A program made the position numbers and the translations under genes. A stretch of 64,000 nt of DNA. It comes from Balanoglossus misakiensis. Its lineage: Eukaryota > Animalia > Hemichordata. Shown here piece by piece: positions 1-10,869 of this stretch. The stretch is taken from contig CM082585.2 in assembly GCA_040954595.2 (NCBI GenBank), positions 76,814 to 140,813 of the forward strand. Direction: 5' to 3'. The notes below the pieces were generated by a model. It saw nothing but the letters and a program-made list of their open reading frames with translations. It did not search any database and was not told the origin of the DNA. The first letter of the stretch is position 1. Every line of letters starts with the position of its first letter.

Positions 1-375
1 TGTGAAAATGTCCATTTTGTTTGGTCAGGCATTGATTCTTGTCGGCAAAAACTGCCATAGGAAATTATAAACTTAAGTCAAATTGCTGAAACAATCAATA
101 ATAGTCCATGTGTCTTAATACTTCAGTTCATGCATCGGTTCGACTCTGTAGTCGGCTACCCAAATTTATTGGGAAGTTCGGCCTTTTACACATTAATACG
201 TGTGGTTTTCGATCATATCCTACCGGTCTTATTGGTTGACATTAATTTGGCAGTGTGCTATAAGCATATTACATCCTACATCAAACCAAAATAAAGCTTG
301 TGATACTTTGATTTGTTTTTGTTTAGTTTTAGTCGCTAGTGAAATTCAAGCTCAGTAATAACTTTACAACTAACT

Positions 376-520
376 TATTAGGGGCCCAAGCCCCTATGGG
401 CGGGGCCCCTATTGGTATTACTCGCGTTTTTAGGGGCCCAAGCCCCTATGGGCGGGGCCCCTATTGTTATTACTGGGGTTTTTAGGGGCCCAAGCCCCTA
501 TGGACCCTTTTGGTATTGCT
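376..520 (-). repeat. Three tandem copies (~53-bp period) of a GC-rich hairpin, Helentron/DINE-like 3' terminus
   Basis: ttaggggcccaagcccctatgggcggggcccctattg x3 (third copy degenerate). Same layout as the reverse complement of the terminus at ~4581-4615. Also at ~24306-24450 and ~45183-45325. Confidence 0.65.
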
Positions 521-1879
521 GGCATTTTTTTCTTCTTTGGCACTTTCATCGGCCACTAGGATCTTGAAAACGGCTGAACCTACAATTCTCAAATTTGGCA
601 CAATGATGCAGGCCAATGAGATCTGGTGCAGTACGTCCGTGAATGTTAAATTAGTGAAGTGACCTGATGACCATTTAAGGGCGAAATTTTCAAATTAGGG
701 TATGCCGATTTTGAGAAGAATATTTTTGATCATTATATTTCATATTTTTTCATTGACCATGGGGGGTCTGGACCAAGGCATAGGCTTTACTATACCTGCA
801 TAGTAAAGCTATGACAACATCGTATTTAAATAATAACACATGTTAGCAAGGGCAATATCATGATCTTTTGCCTGCACAAGGGATGGTGATCTTTGACCTT
901 AATAATATTCATGATGCCCGAGCCGCAGGGAAGGGCTTCATCAATATGTTTCGATGTGTGACGTTACCAGCACATTCCAGAAGACAGCATGGCATCGTCT
1001 GTACAAGTTGAGTGAAATACTTAGAAAGATATCGCCACATACAGTGACCGATCTGCCTGGGCTGCGTTCATGTTTTTCTCTTGAAATCATGGACAGTGTT
1101 ATACACCTCTGTATCAATGCTGTTTTAGTGACTTTTTCACACCCGTTCTTTTTGTTTTGAGTGAATAGGATAGTCAACTAACTACTACTGGACAATGGGT
1201 GTGAGTTTCATGGCTCTCACATGATGGGGTAATCTGGGGTAACATTTTGAAAATACCATGTCATTTTCAGAACGCAGTTAAGGTGTATGTACACGTGAAC
1301 AGTGATACATGTACATGTGTAGGCCAGAAATTTAGATCGGGTATACACGTCTGCATCTAACACTCAAACTGCAATATTGCCAAACGTGTGTATTATACAC
1401 GATATACTACATGTAGTAATTCTATTAGATTTAGTCTGCATTGGTCAATATAATATACGGAAACTAAATATGTCGATCGGATTTGATCTTTCACAGGTCC
1501 AGCTGTGGTTGCGCAGAACACGTCTCTATTTATGGTGTGAACAGGGACTGCTGTACGCATGTGCACATCTGAGTTCAAGAGGTTACACGTACTGCGGTTG
1601 CGCAGAACATGTCTCCATTTATGGAGTGAACAGGGACTGACCAAGGGGCCGAAATGAGAAGCCAAATTTCGGGTGACCCCTTGACCTTTGACCCACCTTG
1701 AAAAACACATATCTACTTCTACGCTAACTAATACACCTAGGGAGCTGATTTTTGGTGGACAGGTACAACTATTGGACCAAATCATTTCGCCGCAATGTCA
1801 CGTGACCTTGGTGACCTTTGAACTATATATAACATAAATGCTCATAAGTACGTAACTTACCGTGGCCGAAATCGACACA

Positions 1880-2070
1880 CGGTGTAGGTTTCAAACCTAC
1901 ACTGTCCCTTTGCTACAAAATGCGCGCGTACGGTGTAGGTTTCAAACCTACACTGTCTCTTTGCTACAAAATGCGCGTGTACGGTGTAGGTTTCAAACCT
2001 ACACTGTCCCTTTGCTACAAAATGCGCGCGTACGGTGTAGGTTTCAAACCTACACTGTCCCTTTGGTGAA
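1880..2070 (+). repeat. Left subterminal array: 4 x 51-bp units, each with 21-bp palindrome GTGTAGGTTT-C-AAACCTACAC
   Basis: Read directly; appears as the 17-aa repeat RCRFQTYTVPLLQNARV in the ORF track. Confidence 0.95.
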
Positions 2071-2125
2071 ACGAAAAAAGCAAGTGTAGGTTTCCCCCTG
2101 GGTTTCAAGTAGTGTCCAGGGTTAG

Positions 2126-2258
2126 GACTTGAAGTTGGGCATTGAGGGACCTGAGTCCCCTAATGCCCAACTTCAAGTCCCCTAATGCCCAACTTCAAGT
2201 CCCCGAATGCCCAACTTCAAGTCCCCGTATGCCCAACATCAAGTCTCACAATGCCCAT
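2126..2258. repeat. 22-bp tandem repeat (taatgcccaacttcaagtcccc x~4) preceded by one inverted copy
   Basis: ggacttgaagttgggcatt at ~2126, then direct copies from 2161 with period 22. Confidence 0.9.
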
Positions 2259-3214
2259 ACTTTTTCAATAATTTTTTTTGACTGCCTAATGATGTCCGAT
2301 TTTCATTCTGAAAACAGTTTTAGAGAGCAAATCTTCTCCTTTTACAACAATTAAAAAATCATACTCAACCACACTCAACTTATTTTTTTATAGGCTATCA
2401 AACAAAACATATAATTTGTTGAAAATGACCTTTTTTAAAAATTGTTTTTTTCACACCTCCTCTATGCGATTTTGCTCTCGTTCTACGAATAATCTCGCAC
2501 ATATATACACATGTTATACATCGTTCAAGAGCTAAGATTATTGGGTCTCTAACCGCTATAATTGTTTTCTCGAAAAGCAGAAATTAAACGAGCGCTCGCC
2601 CGAAATCGCTGCCGATCTCGTAAAATTGTGCAATTACGATATGACTTCCGGTTCATGCCAAACTGGCGAACATGTTGTATTCTACGAATTTCCTCGCACA
2701 TTTCTACACATGTTATACATGGTTCAATACCTTAGAATATAGGCTATCTAACGGTAATAAGCTTTCGCTAAAAATGCTGAAATTAAAGGAGCACTCGCAC
2801 GAAATCCCTGGCGATCTGGTGATACAATGATTCTTTGTTTACATGCATGTTAAAGTATAGGGTGAATCACTGTTTCTAGGTAATGTTTGCAACACTACTG
2901 TAACACTTGGAGTGGGTCTATCTTTAAAGTGTAAGCTGTTTTGAGATCGCCAATTATTACTCTAAAACATATTGAAGACCCGATGTGAAATCTTTAATAA
3001 TAAATAAACAGGTGTGCCAAAAGTAAAGTGCTGTTACAGTGGATCTTATGTCTACATGCATGTTAAAGTATAGGGTGAATCACTGAAGTTTAGAAATTGC
3101 TGTAAAATCTTTTCAAAAGAAGCTTAAGTTCTATTTTTTTCAGAATAGATAAACCTTTTAATTCTCTATGCTGTAGGGGAAATGTTGTTTTTCAAATTCA
3201 AACAGGAAGTTATA

Positions 3215-4616
3215 AATATAGCTGCAAGCAGCGATGACGGGCACAAGCTTAAGCCGAAGGTCAAAGGTCATATGTGGTCACCCAAAATTTGGGCAAAAAG
3301 TTTTGACCCCCATACTAGTCCAGGTCCAACAGAAACCTGACCTCTAGCCCTATTGGTTTGTCTGAAATTAGAAATGCACATAATTAATGATGTAAAGTGG
3401 AAGACTCCATTAATAGTTCGATCCATCCAAACACAAATGATGTACCTGCTCTGGATGCCGAGATATAGCAAAGTAGGTCAAATGTCACCTGAGGTCACCC
3501 AAAATTTGGGCAAAATTTTTGACCCCATACTGATCCATGTCCCACAAGAACAAAACCTCTAGCCCTATTGGTTAGCCTGGAATTAGGTATGCACATAATT
3601 AATGAGATATGCAGGTGTCACAGGTGACCCCCAATTTTGGCTTTTCAATTTTAGTCCCAACCCTCCAAACGCCAAGTCTGTACCTGCTGTGAATTCCGAG
3701 ATATAGGAAAGTAGGTCAAATGTCACCTGAGGTCACCCAAAATTTGGGCAAAATTTTTGACCCCATACTGATCCATGTCCCACAAGAACAAAACCTCTAG
3801 CCCTATTGGTTAGCCTGGAATTAGGTATGCACATAATTAATGAGATATGCAGGTGTCACAGGTGACCCCCAATTTTGGCTTTTCAATTTTAGTCCCAACC
3901 CTCCAAACGCCAAGTCTGTACCTGCTGTGAATTCCGAGATATAGGAAAGTAGGTCAAAGGTCACCTGAGGTCACCTAAAATTTGGGCAAAAATTTTTGAT
4001 CCCATACTGGTCCATGTCCCACAAGAACAAAACCTCTAGCCCTATTAGTTAGCCTGGAATTAGGTATGCACATATTTAATGAGTTAAGCAGGTGTTACAG
4101 GTGAGCCCAAAATTTTGCCTTTTATTGTGGTCCCATTCTGCTCACGGGCCAATAGAGAGTCACTGTACAGGACCATTGCACAGCCAACGTGGACATAGCG
4201 TCATAGCTTAACTATAGAAAGTATAGGCCTATGGCTGGGTCCAAAAACATTAAAAATAAAAAAATCTTCTTCTCAAAATAGACTTGGCCCACGGCCTTGA
4301 CATTTGGCATGTAGGACACTGACCACATGGTCTGCAAAAATCCCTAAAAGAATTTTGATATCTCCATTCATATGCAAATTAGGCCCATTTGAAAACTTTG
4401 CCCATATATGGTCATCAGGTCACATGACTTATTAAACATTCACGAGGGTACAGCACCAGCTCTCATAGGCCTGCATCAGTGTGCCAAGTTTGAGATTTGT
4501 AGGTTCAGCCGTTTTCAAGATCCTGTTGGGCAAAAAAACGACACAAGAAAAAAAAAAAAGAAGAAAAAACCCAGTAATACCAATAGGGCACAAGCCTGCT
4601 TGGCTTGTGCCCTAAA
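3215..4616 (+). mobile_element. Helentron/DINE-1-like non-autonomous element nested in the IS3EU-like insertion
   Basis: 5' gctgcaagcagcgatgacgggcacaagc; 3' stem-loop gggcacaagc-ctgcttg-gcttgtgccc reusing the same 10-mer. A-rich flanks, no clear TSD. Internal 238-bp tandem repeat. Confidence 0.65.
3470..4135 (+). repeat. 238-bp tandem repeat, ~2.8 copies
   Basis: gtcacctgaggtcacc recurs at ~3484, ~3722 and ~3960. Confidence 0.92.
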
Positions 4617-6018
4617 AAATATAATTATGAAACAATATGTTTGTGCCCCATAGGATTAACACTGTAGAAAACAGGGTGTCATAGGTAAAAAATTAGTAAA
4701 GTATGAAAACATGTTGTTTAAAGCTTGTAATTTTCAGAGACTGTTAAGAACATGTTGGGATACTACCTACATTATTTTTAAGTTGTTACCTGTGCTGTAA
4801 TGCCATAAACTATTGATACAAACTAGGTAATTCATAAATTTCACACAGAAAATATGTAAGTTTTAGCCAATGTTTGCAACACTACTGTAACACTTGGAGT
4901 GGGTCTATCTTTAAAGTGTAAACTGTTTTGAGATCTCCAACTATTACTCTAAAACATATTGAAGACCCAATGTTAAATCTTTAATAATAAATAAACAGGT
5001 GTGGCAAAAGTAAAGTGATGTTACAGTTCTATATGAGGTTTATGAATTACCTAGTTTGTATCCATAGTTACTGGCATTGCTGTACATGTAACAACTTTAA
5101 AAAAATGTAGGTAGTATCCCAACATGTTCTTAACAGTCTATGAAAATTACAAGCTTTAAATGACATGTTTTCTTACTTTCCTAATTTTTTACCTATATTT
5201 TTATAACTTCTTGTCTACATTTCTTAGATATTAAGGTACCCCAGAATAGAGAATTTAAATGTCTATCATTCCTGGAAAAATCAGCTCTTAAGCTCCTTTA
5301 TTTTAAATTTTAGGATAGGGTCTCTAATGTCCAAGTGTCCAAAAAAAGTATTCTTTTGTTTTTATACATGTTAAGTCTATGGGCATTATTTCAGTCTATT
5401 TTGCAACAACATTTGGAATACTTAATGGCGTCCAATCTCAAAAGTGTAAATTTTTTTATATTCTAGAACATCTCATGATGGTTTCTGGAAAGTTTCATCT
5501 CTGAAATGCTTAAAATAAAAAAATAATCTTAAAAAAGCAAAGTGTATATTAAAAAAAAGTTAATTTACAGCTAATTTACAGAAGTTTGCTTTTTGGTCAA
5601 AAAAGTGCTTTTATGTTAAAATATTTAATTGTAACTTTTGTCAAGAGTTTATAGATAGACACTCTACTTGTGTACCAAATTTCGAGGTCAAAGGTCAAAG
5701 GATAATGAAATCCGACATAGGTAAACCAACAACTATAAGCAATGGCGAAGTTGACCTTGACCTTCGAATTTCAAAATTTTTTCACCACACCACATTAAAA
5801 CAACTTATTATCAATCTATCCTGTAATTTTCAGTGGTTTCCAACTATATTAAGGGGGTGACACCGCGTACCCTAAAAAGTATGTTTTTTTCAATAGGTTT
5901 TTCCGCAATAACTTTTCAAGGTCAAGTTCAAAGTTGGTCAAATTTTAGTATGTTATAGAACTCGCCGAGACCTTTCTGAAAATATATAGTTTGTTATGGT
6001 TTATGTAAAATGTAAAAG

Positions 6019-6310
6019 TTTCACCAAAGGGACAGTGTAGGTTTGAAACCTACACCGTACGCACGCATTTTCTAGCAAAGGGCAGTGTAGGTTTGAAACC
6101 TACACCGTACGCGCGCATTTTCTAGCAAAGGGCAGTGTAGGTTTGAAACCTACACCGTACGCGCGCATTTTCTAGCAAAGAGACAGTGTAGGTTTGAAAC
6201 CTACACCGTACGCGCGCATTTTGTAGCAAAGGGCAGTGTAGGTTTGAAACCTACACCGTACGCGCGCATTTTGTAGCAAAGGGACAGTGTAGGTTTGAAA
6301 CCTACACAGT
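6019..6310 (-). repeat. Right subterminal array: 6 x 50-51-bp units, inverted relative to the left array
   Basis: Palindrome gtgtaggtttgaaacctacac at 6035, 6085, 6135, 6186, 6236 and 6287. Confidence 0.95.
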
Positions 6311-6759
6311 GTGTCGATTTCGGCCACGGTAGTAACTATTAGACCGACAGACTTCATATTTGGTGGGATGAAGCATACACATGTACTTGTTACCCCTTGA
6401 CCTTTGACCTAATTAATTATGTGCATACCTAATTCTAGGCTTACCAATAGGGCTAGAGGTTTTGTTTCTGTTGGACATGGACAAGTGTGGGATCCAATTT
6501 TTTCCATAAAATTTTGGGTGACCTCAGGTGATCTACTTTCTCATATCTCGGCCTCCAGAGCAGGTACAGCCTTAGCATTTCGAGGGATGGGACTAAAATG
6601 AAAAGCCGAATTTTGAGGTCACCTGTACAACTGCTTAACTCATTAATTATGTGCATACCTAATTCCAGGCAACATAGGGCTAAGGTTTGGTTTCTGATGG
6701 ACCTGGACCAGTATGGGGTCAAACAATTTTGCCCAAATTTCGGGTGACCTCAGATGACC

Positions 6760-7500
6760 ATTTTGGTTTGCAGTTATATTTTAACCCTAATGCTACTAGG
6801 TGTCATACCTGTTTAGAGTGTCAAGTCCCTTAAAATATGTATTTGCCATTTTTTCTTCCTAAACGTATTTTGACTGTCTTGCCATGGCTCTCATATGTTA
6901 GACACACTTGGCAGTCTAAGCCCCCTTAAATGTACTAAATCGTTTGCTCTGGTTTGGGTTGAGGGTCTTGTATAGGCCCTACTGCGTAACTTGCCCTTGG
7001 CAGCCTAACAGGCCTGGGAGCCAGGATTCTAGGCACCCTGGATATCAAACTGACTTGGCAGCGTTAGGGTTAAAACTATGTATAATCACATACTAGATGT
7101 TTGAAAAATGGCAATGTCTTCTCTAAATGTTATCCATCCAAAGGGATCTGACAAGGGTGTCCCCTGTCAGCACTTCATTTTTTGTTTGTCATAGCAATTT
7201 TCGCGACTGTTATATTAGATTTAGAGTTGACTAAAAGATAAATGGTGTTTACGATTCCAAACACATAAAAATTACACCAGTTTTGAACGACACAACATTA
7301 TTTTATTTGATGAGAGTAGTGTTCATCATGCTATAAATATTGTCAATAAATTTGTTAGTTTTAGAAACCCAACTAAATACACGAAAAGTTGGGCTTTAGA
7401 TTGGTTAACTGAAAATCAGGCCGATTGCAATTTTTCGGGATTAAGTGGCCCGATGCTCCCAACAAGTCACTTAGAATGTACTTTCATTCTAATATTGTCA
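6760..7500 (+). pseudogene. Degenerate L1/Tx1-clade LINE reverse transcriptase fragment
   Basis: Hand translation gives remnants of RGIRQGCPLSAL (agggatctgacaagggtgtcccctgtcagcac), KIT..DDTTL (gacgacacaacatta intact in copy 3 at ~47626) and GIKW..KSL. Many stops and frameshifts. Present in all copies; copy 2 lacks the DD segment. Confidence 0.7.
6785..7069. mobile_element. piggyBac-like MITE
   Basis: TTAA|ccctaatgctac ... ggcagcgttaggg|TTAA; TTAA at 6781-6784 and 7070-7073, imperfect ~14-bp TIR. Confidence 0.7.
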
Positions 7501-7816
7501 TTTATTAGCATGGAGTAATCTTACTTTTTACCATAAGGGTGGAACCATGATTCATTCTCAAGAGGGGTCTGGTACCAATACTCATAATGGCCTTCGATAC
7601 CGGCAGGCATGTATAGCCTATGGCTACGCCCAGCATGAGGTGGTGATTCATACTGTTGGTTGTATGGACTAGCTGGGTTTGGTGACAGCGACACAAATTT
7701 TCATGCAGATCTTGATTACACTTGTAGAGAAAAACAAAAAAATCTACACATTGAAAGAAATGGTGATACTTTGAACTGTATAAATTATTAACCCAAGACA
7801 ATAAATCAAAACTTAC

Positions 7817-7940
7817 TTTGTTCACAAAGGTCACCAGTGAAAACAATTCTGACAGAAACATGTGTACAGTTGACATGATCCAGATGTCATCTGGCAGAAA
7901 CCACTGTTCAAGCACGGATTGGGATCGCATTGGTTGATTC
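7817..7940 (-). pseudogene. EGF-like exon with +1 frameshift
   Basis: ag|INQCDPNPCLNSGFCQMTSGSCQLYTCFCQNCF[+t]TGDLCEQ|gtaagt; 124 bp in all three copies. Confidence 0.85.
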
Positions 7941-8141
7941 CTGGTTTTCAATACACAAGAAAGTTGGGACGATGAGCAATGGGGTAGAGACTGATCATCA
8001 AAAATTTGAGACAGGGAATTCCAACAAATGAGATCATTAAGTTATATATGCAAAGCAAATCAGAAAAGAGAATCAGAAGATTTTCTCCGAAGGACACCTT
8101 GCAAATTCATGATTGGAAAGACACTGCAGTCACATGTATAT

Positions 8142-9320
8142 TGTAGTGTCCAAACACTGGTGAGCATCTATACTTTATACATTCTGTAAAATGACGTAAT
8201 GCAACATTCGGGTCATTATGAATAAAGTGTGTGAACGAGGCTAGGCACTCTCACTCTTACATGCCGGACTTGGTGTCTCGTGTTGTCATTATTGCCCACC
8301 CATGATTCTATATTTGGCGACGAGGACGGATAACATGGAGAATCAGCTAGCCGTCAATGCCGAGTTTTCCTGTTCATTCAGATCCGACAACCACCAGTAC
8401 GAGATGGAAAAAGTACATGGCTAGAGTAGAAAACGCATTTGTCGCATTCAACATTACAGATGACAAGCGACAACGTGCACTGCTATTGCACTGGGCAGGT
8501 GAGGAAGTTTCCGACTTCTTTGATACTCTACCAGATACAGGAACGAGCTGTGAAACAGCCAAATTAAAGCTTACGTCGTACTTCTCACCCAAACGGAACA
8601 TTGAATACGAACGATTCATCTTCAGAGACACCATACAAAACAACGGCGAATCGATTGATGCCTATCACACTTGTTTGCCTAGCAGAAACATATGTGACTT
8701 CACCAATAAGGATCAAGAGGTCAAATCACAAATCATACGAGGATTCACATCAGCCCGTCTCAGACGTCGTGCTCTTCGGGAGGAGACGACACTAGAGAAT
8801 CTACTGAGTACAGCCCGTTCATTTGAGGTATCAGAGGTTCAGGCTAGTGGGATTGAGGAGAAAACCCAAAATAATGGTGCAGATACGGCATCTGTGAATG
8901 CGGTCAGAAAACAGCGCCATCAACGCCCGAAACCAAATAAACAAAAGAGATCTCATCAGCAGCCAGCGAAAGGACCGTCCACTTGTTATTATTGTGGTGG
9001 CACCTATCCACATGACTCAGTATGTCCAGCTAAAGGCAGGTCATGCAGGAAGTGTGGCAAACATAACCATTTTGCCAAATGCTGCCGATCAAAAGGCAAG
9101 GCAAATAGGCTAGACAAGGATGAAACTGTCAAAGCTGTGCATAAAGTGGAAGACAGCTCGGGAGATGAATACTGCGTCACTGTACAACAATCAAATGGCA
9201 GGAGGCCTCGAGTAACAGTGCAGATAGAACAAACAGCAGTTGCCTCACTTATCGACCCTGGTTCTACAATAAACATGATGAGTGTAAACACATACAACAA
9301 CCTAAAGAACAAACCCAGGT
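8142..9320 (+). mobile_element. Ty3/Gypsy (Mag-like) LTR retrotransposon 5' fragment: putative short LTR, PBS, gag, start of protease
   Basis: TGT start at 8142 (inferred), AATAAA at 8221. PBS TGGCGACGAGGA at 8315 is complementary to the 3' end of tRNA-Ser(GCU). Gag and protease motifs follow; truncated at ~9320. Confidence 0.85.
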
Positions 9321-9430
9321 GGCAAACAGAAAGCCCGTTTTACCACTGCCAGCAGTGCATTATTGAGTACTTTAGCATCGCTGAATTGAGCTCTCGTCCA
9401 ATCAGAACTGCGGACTGTAGCATGATATAA
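8357..9430 (+). pseudogene. gag: Gag-protease ORF remnant (357 aa open in copy 1)
   Basis: RALLLHWAG, YFSPKRNIEYERFIF, double Zn knuckle CYYCGGTYPHDSVC/CRKCGKHNHFAKCC, degenerate protease LIDPGSTIN. The last ~35 aa read into unrelated sequence. Confidence 0.85.
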
Positions 9431-9823
9431 TATAATTGAGAATAAATCTCACGACAAGTGTACAGTTTGACAATGTACACAGATAATCCGTTTCAACAAT
9501 GTTTCCTTTGTAGTGTGAATAAAACTGCACACTTTGCAAGTTTTCAACTTCAAAACACTATGGCTATTACAGAGACAAAGCTGCTAATATACAGTGTATA
9601 CCTGTCATTTTTGTTTGTGGTGAGATTTTCATTGGCACAGTCGCACAGAGCTCACACAAGAGGAAATTACACTTTCTGTTGAATTTACTGCATCCTGCTA
9701 ACTTTAAGTCATATATCCACTGAAACATTAAGTTATAGAATTTTCCATCGCAGTATTCTGTTTTATATACATGTATAGCAGTCCCACACATATTGATTAA
9801 TTTGACAAAAGAAACTGACTGAC

Positions 9824-9940
9824 AATTTTCACAGCGCTCCCCAGTATAGCATCCTTGGCAGGTGCACGTCAATGCCACACACGAGGTTAGGGTTGGCAAG
9901 TGCTGCCATTTTGACATGGGTTGTTAGCACTGATCAATTC
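9824..9940 (-). pseudogene. EGF-like exon with internal frameshifts and stop
   Basis: ag|IDQC*..NNPCQNGSTCQP..TSCVALTCTCQGCYTGERCEN|gtcagt. Confidence 0.8.
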
Positions 9941-10869
9941 CTACGCATGACAGAAAAATGAAGAATTAGGCTATGGGCCGGACCTGCCTATCGTTTCAAA
10001 ATGCACTCTGTATATTAGGGTCTATTTCTTTTACATAAAAAACAAGTCTTCTTGCTCTAATATGATAAAAGAAAAAAACTTCAACTTAAATATTGCGTCC
10101 TCAGAGGTAATATCGAGTCCTAAAATCAGGTATGCTAATGTGGTTAAAGGTCGTGCAGTTCCCCTTTATAACAAGCGATCTGATTGGTGGTTACGTGACT
10201 GCACCAATCACAGAATGTGTTATGTCACTCAGCAATTACACACACAGGGCAATCTATCAGGCAGCTACATGTATACTAGTATACATGTTACAGAAGATTA
10301 AACAGAATTTTTGGTAAGGAAAGTTTGAGCAGACTAGTCCATTCAATGTAAAAAATGGCGCTGATTCCAAAAAAGTCAGTCTTATTGACCCCTTTCAAGA
10401 CAAAATTGCCATTTTTGCCACTTTTAACCCAAAAGGTCATTTAAAAAAAACACTCAAAACACACTGTTTTCATCACATTCGGAGATCTGATGACATTTGA
10501 GGATTATGCGGAAACAGTGACACACCAGAATAAAAATTACAGGTGACATTTGCAAGCAGATATGATCTGACCATATAGAAATATGGAATGTAAAAACATT
10601 AACAAGGAACATGCCCAATAAACTGTCATGTGTCATGGCAGTCTTACAAGTGGTGCTAGAAAAAAAAATTGACCAAAAATTGTCTGTACAAACACATATG
10701 CGAAGCAACTTCTTTCAGTCAGCTCTGGAACAGACACACACTGACCTGCCACTGGGAATTAAAATTTGATAGCTGGTGGTCTCTGTAACAGCTGGCCTAT
10801 TTAAGTTATGTAAACATGTCTTTGTTCGAGGTAACAACTCCTTGTAAATAGTAACTTTAAAAACAACTG

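Larger units (their letters stand above)
1858..6331. mobile_element. Non-autonomous foldback-type DNA transposon, IS3EU-like (TAC..GTA ends, 6-bp TSD), private to copy 1
   Basis: TIR taccgtggccgaaatcgacacac / gtgtgtcgatttcggccacggta. TSD GTAACT at 1852-1857 and 6332-6337. Copies 2 and 3 have an empty site with a single gtaact (~27185, ~46659). The ORF offset change of 4480 equals 4474+6. No transposase ORF. Confidence 0.9.

Noticed and set aside
1507-1639. 44-bp direct repeat pair (ggttgcgcagaaca..gaacagggactg) 89 bp apart, as a mini-CRISPR or LTR pair
   Set aside because: Only two copies with no TG..CA ends, PBS or TSD; best explained as a local duplication.
1880-2070. CRISPR-like array of palindromic repeats (also 6019-6310)
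   Set aside because: The inter-palindrome segments are near-identical rather than unique spacers, there are no cas genes, the context is eukaryotic, and the arrays are the arms of a TSD-flanked transposon.
1857-2108. Repetitive ORFs (RCRFQTYTV.. / QCRFETYTV..) as proteins
   Set aside because: A by-product of a 51-bp unit divisible by 3; the right arm has 50-bp units that break the frame.
7505-7951. 148-aa minus-strand ORF present in all three copies
   Set aside because: It runs out of frame through an EGF exon and an intron; its conservation only reflects the recent duplication.
9320-9435. Crypton-like terminal fragment (ctctcgtccaatcagaac..gcatgatataa), and a similar-style hairpin at ~916-936
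   Set aside because: Resemblance from memory only; no recombinase ORF or definable second end.
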